Shown: piece by piece, positions 26,685 through 34,296 of the stretch
Numbering within the stretch: position 1 is the first letter of the stretch
Layout of the letters: each line of letters opens with the position of its first letter
From: a virus
Taxonomy: Duplodnaviria; Heunggongvirae; Uroviricota; Caudoviricetes
Virus record (IMG/VR): IMGVR_UViG_3300017565_000001
Location: 301,741-365,740 of that record
Direction: 5' to 3' (one strand)
Length of the DNA: 64,000 nucleotides
Notes under the pieces: model-generated
What the model was told of the DNA's origin: nothing
The model's database searches: none
What the model saw: only the letters and a program-made list of their open reading frames with translations
Translations under genes and position numbers: made by a program

Positions 26685-26863
26685 TGTCCACCAAGTTTAA
26701 AGCATGCCATACTAGTGTTCCAAAAGGAAAGCGTGTTCGAGTTGTGTTGCGAAATGGTGATTCGTTCATTGACAAGTTCGTCGAGAAGAAATCGGGTCGC
26801 ATCATCTTTGAAACTCGAACCATCAACACGAGAGAAATGGCGTCAATGACGATTGTTAGATGA
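26681..26863 (+). CDS. Hypothetical small beta-rich protein
   Basis: Coupled ORF, HTSVPKGKRVRVVL. Confidence 0.6.
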   Translation: MMSTKFKACHTSVPKGKRVRVVLRNGDSFIDKFVEKKSGRIIFETRTINTREMASMTIVR

Positions 26864-27096
26864 AATTCTGTGTGATTTGTAGTGAGTCCAAAGCCATCCA
26901 CCAGGTCGAAACCCGGGTGATGACGAATGGCTCAAAGAAAACCACATATCTTTCCAGGTGGTGGCATTGTCGGTCGTGTGGTTGTGATCTAACCACAGCG
27001 GATGATATGAAGTTCAATGCCATTGCTGTGCGAAAAGCCAAAAGGCGTCTAGGCCTTGACATAAAGCCTTTGAATGGCAAGAAATCTCGTATATAA
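26860..27096 (+). CDS. Zinc-ribbon protein (MqsA/YgiT-type)
   Basis: CVIC...HCRSCG followed by helix. Confidence 0.6.
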   Translation: MKFCVICSESKAIHQVETRVMTNGSKKTTYLSRWWHCRSCGCDLTTADDMKFNAIAVRKAKRRLGLDIKPLNGKKSRI

Positions 27097-27124
27097 TGGC
27101 TACTAGACGTTTTAGCTGAGCCTC

Positions 27125-27466
27125 ATGATACCCGATAAAGTTACATTCACCGGTTTGACCGTACCCAGCAACATCATGTATGGTGCTAGTCGCGGCCGCA
27201 AACAATTCTCGCCCTGGCCTGCATCGTGGACTCGATTGGTCGAAAAGGATCCGCAGAATTCGCGGGGATTGTCAGCCAAAGAGATCACACAAGCAATCGA
27301 CGTATGGCTTGAAAAGAACATTCAAGGAGCATGGGGCTGTTATAGCAACATGCGGAATGCCACTACTGTTTTCTTCTTCCAAGAAGAAAGCGACGCAATT
27401 TTATTCAAATTGATGGGTGGATTGGCCACCTGTTTTGAAAAAACCCCCGAAGGAGAAGTTAAATGA
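27125..27466 (+). CDS. Hypothetical protein (FxxxExAxxFxL family)
   Basis: WLEKNIQGAW...FFFQEESDAILFKL. Confidence 0.7.
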   Translation: MIPDKVTFTGLTVPSNIMYGASRGRKQFSPWPASWTRLVEKDPQNSRGLSAKEITQAIDVWLEKNIQGAWGCYSNMRNATTVFFFQEESDAILFKLMGGLATCFEKTPEGEVK

Positions 27467-28059
27467 GTCTGGTCCCCATGGTCATCTCGCGCGAAGGTAA
27501 CAACGAACGCGCAATGGACATCTACAGCAAAATGCTGGATGAACGCATCATCTTCGTGACAGGGCCCGTCACTCAGGCGATGGCAGACAGCGTCTGCGCC
27601 CAATTGCTTTTCCTGGAAAGCACCGGCCCCAAGCGTGACATTACCATGTATGTCAATTCGCCGGGCGGCAGCGTTTACGCTGGTCTCGCCATCCGTGACA
27701 CCATGAACTACGTGAAGTGTGACATCACCACCGTGTGCATGGGCATGGCTGCGAGCATGGGTTCGGTTCTGCTGGCTAGTGGCACCAAGGGCAAGCGTTT
27801 GATTCTGCCGGATGCCACTGTCATGATTCACCAAGTGTCGAGTGGCACTCAGGGCACGGTCATGGATCAAGAGCGCGGACTGTACGAAGCCGTACGCCTG
27901 AACGATCGCTTGCATCACATCTTGGCCGAAGCGACGGATGGCAAGGTCAACTATGAGCGCATGAAAGAACTGTGCTCGCGTGATCACTACATGAGCGCCC
28001 AAGCCACTCTGGAACTGGGCCTGGTCGACAAGATCATCGACCGCAACCCGAACGAATAA
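27463..28059 (+). CDS. clpP: ATP-dependent Clp protease proteolytic subunit
   Basis: DIYSKMLDERII, NSPGGSV, AASMGS (Ser), MIHQ (His), RDHYM (Asp). Confidence 0.95.
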   Translation: MSLVPMVISREGNNERAMDIYSKMLDERIIFVTGPVTQAMADSVCAQLLFLESTGPKRDITMYVNSPGGSVYAGLAIRDTMNYVKCDITTVCMGMAASMGSVLLASGTKGKRLILPDATVMIHQVSSGTQGTVMDQERGLYEAVRLNDRLHHILAEATDGKVNYERMKELCSRDHYMSAQATLELGLVDKIIDRNPNE

Positions 28060-28078
28060 CTGGCAATTCACCAGTAAT

Positions 28079-28108
28079 TGAAGGGCGGGGAAATTCCCCG
28101 CCCTTCAT
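28079..28108 (+). terminator. Stem-loop
   Basis: TGAAGGGCGGGGAA-A-TTCCCCGCCCTTCA(T). Confidence 0.65.
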
Positions 28109-28138
28109 ACCATGCTAAATCAAAGGTGGCACAAAGTT

Positions 28139-28167
28139 TTGACGCCAGTTCAACTGTAAAGTATTAT
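28139..28167 (+). promoter_or_regulatory. sigma70-like promoter (probably leaderless mRNA)
   Basis: TTGACG-17nt-TATTAT, ATG 5 nt after -10. Confidence 0.65.
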
Positions 28168-28172
28168 TTGGT

Positions 28173-29342
28173 ATGAAAAAGATTCCCCTAAACAGTCTGG
28201 TTTTTCTCATTGATGTTTCGCCTCAAGAGGCTGAAGCAAGGTTTCCTGCCAATGAGATCATGAGTTCTGATGCTTTCACCACAGAGCTTCTGGGCCCTAT
28301 GGTGAGGCCAGACTTGCGTGGAGTCGTTCAGGCTGAACTAGAACGCACGGTGTTCCTGAAGTTGTCTCTGGGGCAGCGTGTGGTGGTAAGTATGCCAGAT
28401 CTACGTAGAGATGCAAGGATCAATATGGCACGTGAAGCGCAGAATCGTGGTTTCACAGTCATTTACCTGGTCGATGATCTTAACATCAGACGAGATATGG
28501 CACGTGGTGATCGAGTGGCTGACGTGGTTGACACCAATTCATCTTTTGAAGTCGTGATGCCTCTCCCTGATGAAAATTTCTTTGCTGAGCTTAAGAAACG
28601 TGGTTTTAAGGGTGTGACTGTTGTTCCAGACATACACGGAACGATGAATCCCCTAAGAGATGCAATTTCTTGGGCAAGAAGCAGAAATAACTTTCTGCTT
28701 TTTCTGGGTGATCTCATAGACTATGGGATTGATACGCTGGAAGTCGTAGATGAAGTGTATCAACTCGTGGTCCGTGGTGAAGCTGAAGCCCTTGAAGGTA
28801 ATCATGAAAAGAAGATCTTCAAGCATTTGGCACAAGTTGAACGAACGGGTGTTTCACATGTTCGTTTGAGCGAAGGCAACAAGGTCACGGTTTCCCGAAT
28901 GCAAGCATTGGGGAAGTTCGACCATGATCGTTGGGTCACGAGATTCAAGGCGTTGGTCCACATGATGCGCAATCACCGAGTGAGCGATGGCTTCATTTTT
29001 GCTCACGGGGCGGTTAAGCCAGAAATGTGGACAATCACCGACAACAGGCTACCAACCTCTCTGGAGGAGGTCAGTCTGTATGGTGAGGTTGATACTTCCG
29101 TTAATCGGTCTGACGGATATCCCAACCGTGTTTACAATTGGGTAGACGAGCTTACGCCAAACCAGATCGCTGTTGTGGGTCACGACATCAGAAGTGATTT
29201 CGAGCCCCTAAAACATCAAGGCGCCAAAGGCGGCACTGCCATATTCATGGATACTGGATGTGGCAAGGGTGGCCATTTGAGTACGCTTGACATTCGCTTT
29301 GATGGTGACGTCGTTAAGGTTGAGAATTTCAACTTGCATTAA
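28173..29342 (+). CDS. Pnkp-like protein: degenerate kinase module + metallophosphoesterase
   Basis: DIHG, GDLIDYG, GNHE, AHG, GH, DTGCGKGG; N-terminus Pnkp-like but without P-loop. Confidence 0.8.
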   Translation: MKKIPLNSLVFLIDVSPQEAEARFPANEIMSSDAFTTELLGPMVRPDLRGVVQAELERTVFLKLSLGQRVVVSMPDLRRDARINMAREAQNRGFTVIYLVDDLNIRRDMARGDRVADVVDTNSSFEVVMPLPDENFFAELKKRGFKGVTVVPDIHGTMNPLRDAISWARSRNNFLLFLGDLIDYGIDTLEVVDEVYQLVVRGEAEALEGNHEKKIFKHLAQVERTGVSHVRLSEGNKVTVSRMQALGKFDHDRWVTRFKALVHMMRNHRVSDGFIFAHGAVKPEMWTITDNRLPTSLEEVSLYGEVDTSVNRSDGYPNRVYNWVDELTPNQIAVVGHDIRSDFEPLKHQGAKGGTAIFMDTGCGKGGHLSTLDIRFDGDVVKVENFNLH

Positions 29343-29370
29343 ATAAATATCTGCACATATAAAGGGGCCT

Positions 29371-29946
29371 ATGATGGTCGAACAAATGAATTTCAACGCA
29401 GGCGGGGACGTGCTGGTACTGAACAGCGACGGCCTGCCTTTGAGTATGTTGCCAATCAGCACTGTGAACTGGAAAGAAGCCATCAAGGCTTACTGGCTGG
29501 ATCAAGTGGACGTATTGGAATCGTACGAAGATTGGGTCATCCGCAGCCCAAGCGTGGAAATGTTCGTGCCGGCCGTCATTATGACTCGTCAGTGGGTTCG
29601 TATGGGCCGCTCGGTCAAGTTCTCGCGCTCGAATGTGTACATGCGGGACCGCCATAAGTGCCAATACTGTGGCGAAATTTTCCGTCATGATCAGCTGACA
29701 CTGGATCACGTCGTTCCTCGTTTCGAGGGTGGTAAGACTACCTGGGATAACGTCGTTGCTGCTTGCTCGCCTTGCAATCACAAGAAGAGCCACTTCAATG
29801 AAATGAAGCCCATGAACGCTCCACGTCGCCCATCGTACGGTGAAATGCTGACCATCGTCCGTGAACGTCCAGTTGTTGTTCGTCATGCCAGCTGGAATAC
29901 CTACCTGCAATGGCCTGACGACATGGTAAAGGTGGCAGGCAAATGA
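29371..29946 (+). CDS. HNH endonuclease (McrA-like)
   Basis: RDRHKCQYCG, TLDHVVP, NVVAACSPCNHKK; TAAATAAATA upstream. Confidence 0.9.
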   Translation: MMVEQMNFNAGGDVLVLNSDGLPLSMLPISTVNWKEAIKAYWLDQVDVLESYEDWVIRSPSVEMFVPAVIMTRQWVRMGRSVKFSRSNVYMRDRHKCQYCGEIFRHDQLTLDHVVPRFEGGKTTWDNVVAACSPCNHKKSHFNEMKPMNAPRRPSYGEMLTIVRERPVVVRHASWNTYLQWPDDMVKVAGK

Positions 29947-30116
29947 ACCGAACGTTTATGAGCTTGTACCGAGATGAAATCGTCAATTCAGAAATGGTTG
30001 ACGATTTTATCGAGGAATGGCATTCAGCAAACTCCCAGGAATCTCTAGCAGATTATCTGGGTATGACTACTAGCGAATACGAATTCTTTGCCATAACTGG
30101 TGAACTACCAGAATAA
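29943..30116 (+). CDS. Small acidic protein, 57 aa (not in ORF track)
   Basis: ATGA overlap with HNH; MNRTFMSLYRDEIVNSEMVDDFIEEWHSANSQESLADYLGMTTSEYEFFAITGELPE. Confidence 0.7.
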   Translation: MNRTFMSLYRDEIVNSEMVDDFIEEWHSANSQESLADYLGMTTSEYEFFAITGELPE

Positions 30117-30135
30117 TAAAGCTGATTGATTTATT

Positions 30136-30164
30136 TTGACGGGGGCCAATGGCCCCCTTATAAT
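30136..30164 (+). promoter_or_regulatory. sigma70-like promoter with palindromic spacer
   Basis: TTGACG-17nt-TATAAT; GGGGGCCA-A-TGGCCCCC at 30141-30157. Confidence 0.8.
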
Positions 30165-30207
30165 CATGTTTACGCCGTTATAGAACAATAACAAACAGGA
30201 GTAAACA

Positions 30208-30480
30208 ATGGCTGATACACAAGACCAAGCGGGTGAAGTTCAAGGCCCCGTTATCAATATCACCGATCTGGAAAACGTGGTTAAGATCATCGACCACGCC
30301 GCCGATCAAGGCGCCTTCAAGGGTTGGGTCGTTGTCGAGCAGGTTCTAGCCGTTCGCAACAAGATTCAAGCATTCGTGGCCGCAGCTCAACCACAAGATC
30401 AAGAAGCACCCGCTGAAGCACCCGCCAAGCCTGCTCGCAAGACCGCAAAGGCCACCAAGGCCAGCAAGACTGCCAAGTAA
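30208..30480 (+). CDS. Conserved T4-like small protein with Lys/Ala-rich tail
   Basis: DLENVVKIID...GAFKG motif; AGGAG SD. Confidence 0.75.
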   Translation: MADTQDQAGEVQGPVINITDLENVVKIIDHAADQGAFKGWVVVEQVLAVRNKIQAFVAAAQPQDQEAPAEAPAKPARKTAKATKASKTAK

Positions 30481-30486
30481 ATCACA

Positions 30487-30502
30487 GGGTGGTTCGCCAC
30501 CC
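30487..30502 (+). terminator. UUCG stem-loop
   Basis: GGGTGG-TTCG-CCACCC. Confidence 0.55.
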
Positions 30503-30521
30503 GTCCCTATAGAGAGAATCT

Positions 30522-31127
30522 ATGTCAATCAAGAAACATATTGGTAAGGTCGTTTCTACCGACCAACGTTGTGTCGTTGTTTTCATGCGTCTCCCCGATG
30601 CCGAAGACAAGGCCCTCATCATCAATACCGAATCCCTGCAACCATACTATGAGCAAATCCTCATGGAAGTGGTCAATTCCCCGGAAGGTCAACAAGCTGG
30701 TAATCTGGCTGATGTGCTGTCGCGTCGTATGGTTCAACAGACAGGCCGCACCATTCTGGAAGAGTTCCACAATCGTGGTCTGATGCGTGCTGAACTGGTT
30801 TCTAACATCGTCATGCTGCCACGCCCCAACATGCCCATGCCACTGGCTGACATTCTGGCTGCAATGGATCCAGAAAGCGCTGAGACTGCGCCAACTCAGA
30901 ACTATAACAAGTTCAACCCCATCGCCAACAACATTTCGGCCGCATCCTCGGAAGAACGCCTGCAAATGGCACACAATCTGATCGTTGAAGCAGAAATGCT
31001 GGAAGCCGAAGCTGCCAAGAAGCGTGAAATCGCATATGCCGCCGTTCCGACCCTCCGACCTGTTGCTGATACGCCAATCGTCCCTGTGGCGGATGACGCT
31101 CCCGCTCAGGCCACTGGTAATGAGTGA
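30522..31127 (+). CDS. Conserved hypothetical phage protein
   Basis: KHIGK...CVVVF motif, C-terminal coiled coil. Confidence 0.75.
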   Translation: MSIKKHIGKVVSTDQRCVVVFMRLPDAEDKALIINTESLQPYYEQILMEVVNSPEGQQAGNLADVLSRRMVQQTGRTILEEFHNRGLMRAELVSNIVMLPRPNMPMPLADILAAMDPESAETAPTQNYNKFNPIANNISAASSEERLQMAHNLIVEAEMLEAEAAKKREIAYAAVPTLRPVADTPIVPVADDAPAQATGNE

Positions 31128-31407
31128 ACGTTCCGCAAAGCTCCTTGAGCGAATCGTATCCGAACGTGATCGTCAAAAGACCCTACCAGGTTCTGAATAT
31201 GACGCTAAAAATTCGGTTAATGATTGGATTGCAATTGCTGGGCATTATCTGAATGAACCAGCAAAGCGCAAAAGTTCTGCTTCTTATAACCGAGGATCTA
31301 TCCCCACTCAGGAAGATTTCGAGGCAAGTTTGATCAAAGCCGCAGCGGTTATTTTGGCTGCTTTGGAACAAGCAGAAACGCTAAAGAAGAACGGCGACTT
31401 GCAATAA
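31120..31407 (+). CDS. All-alpha NTP-pyrophosphatase (MazG-like) candidate
   Basis: ERDRQ...NDW...LIKAAAVILAALE; start re-assigned to 31120. Confidence 0.45.
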   Translation: MSERSAKLLERIVSERDRQKTLPGSEYDAKNSVNDWIAIAGHYLNEPAKRKSSASYNRGSIPTQEDFEASLIKAAAVILAALEQAETLKKNGDLQ

Positions 31408-31451
31408 CCAGGAAGCCCTAGACCCCTAGGGCTTTTTCTTGACTTTAAAAA

Positions 31452-31784
31452 ATGAAACCTAACATAACAGTGGAAACCACTCCGGTGACCATGACCACCC
31501 CAAAACCCAACGACCTCCAGAATATCGTATGGGGATCCACGACACAAATTTCTTCTACCATGAATATCGGCATAGAAGATCTCATGGCTGAATCGATGGT
31601 AGCCGAGATTACAAAAGAAATCGACCGAGAAATTTTCCGTGAACTGGTTACCGTCGAGGAAAAGGAACGGTATTATCGGGAACGTGATGCCAAACAACGG
31701 GCTGAAAATCCTGCTCTACAGGAAGCTTGGGACAATTATCAAGTCCTACTCAGGCTCACCAATGAAAAAGGCGTAAATACATGA
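31452..31784 (+). CDS. Hypothetical protein containing a gp23-like capsid fragment
   Basis: IEDLMAESMVAEITKEIDREIF plus NPALQEAW tail. Confidence 0.6.
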   Translation: MKPNITVETTPVTMTTPKPNDLQNIVWGSTTQISSTMNIGIEDLMAESMVAEITKEIDREIFRELVTVEEKERYYRERDAKQRAENPALQEAWDNYQVLLRLTNEKGVNT

Positions 31785-32068
31785 GTGAAATTAACGCCTT
31801 GGAGGCCGATATGAACTTCAGTGAACTTATCAATCAAACGATAAACGAAGTGGACATCATGGACTTGTCAAGAGACTACGTGATTCTAGCCAATGTTGTA
31901 TTTGAAGACGGCGATGAACAGGTAGTCATGGTTGATCAGTTGAATGAAGTTCTGATGGAATACAAGGACGATATCGTTTCCGTCGGTTTGGTCGTAGATG
32001 TTGTGGCATTAAAAGAAGACATCATCGCAGTCACCCAGCAAATGCTCGAAGAAGTATTTGGTTCTTAA
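31781..32068 (+). CDS. Hypothetical acidic protein
   Basis: ATGA-coupled ORF. Confidence 0.65.
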   Translation: MSEINALEADMNFSELINQTINEVDIMDLSRDYVILANVVFEDGDEQVVMVDQLNEVLMEYKDDIVSVGLVVDVVALKEDIIAVTQQMLEEVFGS

Positions 32069-32120
32069 TTTAGACAAATCCTCCCAACCACCTTACAATT
32101 GGTGGAAAGGAGGATTTTCC

Positions 32121-32402
32121 ATGCCTTACAATACGCCTGAATATCAAGCACAGGCAAAAATCATCACCAGGTTGAACGAAGAAATTCGTCAACTCAAAGA
32201 ACGCATCATGGCACAACAAGATCGATACGATCGAGTATCAGATGCCGGCGAGTTCTACAAACAAATGCAAACACTCATTATCGCCAACCCAGTGCTACAA
32301 GCAGCCTGGAGTGAGTTCATTGCGACTATGGTTTTGGTCTCCCCAGAAATGAAAAACTGGACTGTGCCGTCACTAGTAAAAAGTGAATCGTTCTATGTTT
32401 GA
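32121..32402 (+). CDS. Hypothetical coiled-coil protein
   Basis: AAGGAGG SD before ATG 32121; NPVLQAAW motif. Confidence 0.7.
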   Translation: MPYNTPEYQAQAKIITRLNEEIRQLKERIMAQQDRYDRVSDAGEFYKQMQTLIIANPVLQAAWSEFIATMVLVSPEMKNWTVPSLVKSESFYV

Positions 32403-32739
32403 ACCAATTATTCCAATAGAAGAAGTGGACGCTAGATTAGCATTATGCAAAGACGTCTTTGAGCGATTTGAAATCCTCAATGAATACAGTTCAATGTTGC
32501 AAGTAATCTCAGCTGATTACCATAACGCTGTTGGTCGGTATGCATATATGGAACTGCAAGTGAAAAACGCGGAACAGTTCAAGGTTAAGGCCGCGCTATA
32601 TGATACCATGATGGAAGTTTTCAATAAACACCCAGAACTGGTTGATGACTGGCATGCTCTTTTGGTGAAAGCAAAGCTAGTCAATTCTGACATCGAAGCC
32701 GATTTGAATGATATCGGCAAATATCTTTACAAAATATGA
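32395..32739 (+). CDS. Hypothetical protein
   Basis: HPELVDDW motif; coupled ORF. Confidence 0.65.
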   Translation: MFEPIIPIEEVDARLALCKDVFERFEILNEYSSMLQVISADYHNAVGRYAYMELQVKNAEQFKVKAALYDTMMEVFNKHPELVDDWHALLVKAKLVNSDIEADLNDIGKYLYKI

Positions 32740-33251
32740 AAATATCAATGATTGTAGCCGTGGCAGATAACAATGTCATCGGTATTAACAACGGCCTACC
32801 TTGGCCCCATAACTCAGAAGACATGAAATGGTTCAAAGCCAACACGTCAGGAAAGGTCGTGGTAATGGGTTCAAGCACTTGGGACAGTTTGCCCTTCAAA
32901 CCGCTACCAAAGCGCACCAACGTCGTTCTGACAAGTCGCAACAGTATCCAGGATGCAGACTTGACGCTTAGTGGTGAGCCTGAAGAGGTCATCGAATACT
33001 TGAAATCTACCTATGCCGATCTTGACGAGGTTGTGTTCATGGGTGGAGCAAAGGTATATAGTGACTTTCTGAAATACATGGACGTCATCTACCTGTCAAG
33101 GATTCGTGGTTCTTTTGAGGGTGATACATTCCTGGATGTTGACACCCTAATGAGCATACATAACAGTGAGACCGCAAAGTTTACCAAAACTTCAAGCCAC
33201 CATCTTGAAGGTGAATACGCGGTTGATTTTGAAATTTGGGAAAAACAATGA
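32736..33251 (+). CDS. frd: Dihydrofolate reductase
   Basis: IVAVADNNVIG, LPWP..EDMKWF, VVMG, PLPKRTNVVLT, GG, GDTF. Confidence 0.95.
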   Translation: MKISMIVAVADNNVIGINNGLPWPHNSEDMKWFKANTSGKVVVMGSSTWDSLPFKPLPKRTNVVLTSRNSIQDADLTLSGEPEEVIEYLKSTYADLDEVVFMGGAKVYSDFLKYMDVIYLSRIRGSFEGDTFLDVDTLMSIHNSETAKFTKTSSHHLEGEYAVDFEIWEKQ

Positions 33252-34285
33252 AAGAATATTTGGATCTAATGGGTGAAGTTCTGCAGAACGGTGACCCTCG
33301 TTTGGATCGTACTGGTACTGGAACTCGTGCGGTATTTGGTCGTCGTATGGAGTTCGACCTGTCGAAAGGCTTCCCTGCTATGACCTCCAAGAAGCTGGCA
33401 TGGAAATCGGTTGTGTCAGAACTGTTGTGGTTTATGGAAGGTTCTGGCAATGAACGTCGTCTTGCAGAAATCATGCATGGTAAGGATTCACCCAAGGCTA
33501 CCATCTGGACTGGCAATGCTGAGGCTGATTATTGGAAGCCCAAGGCCAAGTTCATTGGTGACTTGGGTCGTGTTTACGGTGTTCAGTGGCGCTTCTGGCG
33601 CAAGCAACCCAATACGCTATGGGGCAAGATCAAGGCTATCTTCAACAAATATGAAACCGTTGATCAACTTCAACAGTTGGTTGATGGTTTGAAGAATGAT
33701 CCGTTTGGACGTCGTCATATTATCTCGGCTTGGAATCCTGGTGAGCTGGATCAAATGGCTCTCCCACCCTGCCACATGTTTGCACAATTCTTTGTGGAAC
33801 AATTGACGCCTGAAGAGATCCAAACTTCGTACCTTACTCTCCGGGAATCCATTCCATCATCAGAGCGTAAGGTTCGCATCGACACCGATGCAAGTGGCAA
33901 GTCGCGCAAGAACCGCACCAAGACATTGGCCGACCTGGAAGAGTTGGGTCTACCCACTCACAAGCTGTCATGCCAGATGTATCAACGTTCAGCTGACATG
34001 TTCTTGGGTGTTCCGTTCAATATTGCGTCGTATTCGCTCATGACGCACATGTTGGCACAAGTCTGTGGCTATGCAGTTGGCAACTTCATCCATATTCTGG
34101 GTGACACGCATATCTACGAGAATCACATCGAGCAAACGCAAGAACAGTTGACGCGCAAACCCTTGCCGTTGCCTACGTTGAAACTGAATCCCAATATCAC
34201 CAACATCCTGGACTTCACCATGGATGATATTGAATTGGTTGACTACCAACACCACGAGCCAATTAAGGCCAAGATGGCGGTTTGA
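33248..34285 (+). CDS. thyA: Thymidylate synthase
   Basis: DRTGTGT, ELLWF, YGVQWR, ALPPCH, YQRSADMFLGVPFN, DTHIYENH. Confidence 0.96.
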   Translation: MKEYLDLMGEVLQNGDPRLDRTGTGTRAVFGRRMEFDLSKGFPAMTSKKLAWKSVVSELLWFMEGSGNERRLAEIMHGKDSPKATIWTGNAEADYWKPKAKFIGDLGRVYGVQWRFWRKQPNTLWGKIKAIFNKYETVDQLQQLVDGLKNDPFGRRHIISAWNPGELDQMALPPCHMFAQFFVEQLTPEEIQTSYLTLRESIPSSERKVRIDTDASGKSRKNRTKTLADLEELGLPTHKLSCQMYQRSADMFLGVPFNIASYSLMTHMLAQVCGYAVGNFIHILGDTHIYENHIEQTQEQLTRKPLPLPTLKLNPNITNILDFTMDDIELVDYQHHEPIKAKMAV

Positions 34286-34288
34286 TGG

Positions 34289-34296
34289 TATAAATA
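34289..34296 (+). promoter_or_regulatory. T4-type late promoter
   Basis: Exact TATAAATA. Confidence 0.75.

Noticed and set aside
29371-29946. HNH as a mobile homing element
   Set aside because: McrA-like architecture without a DNA-binding tail, free-standing behind a late motif, not interrupting a gene
33248-34285. ThyA as a dCMP/dUMP hydroxymethylase supplying the glycosyltransferase
   Set aside because: Canonical ThyA motifs including PFN, and adjacent DHFR, indicate ordinary thymidylate synthesis
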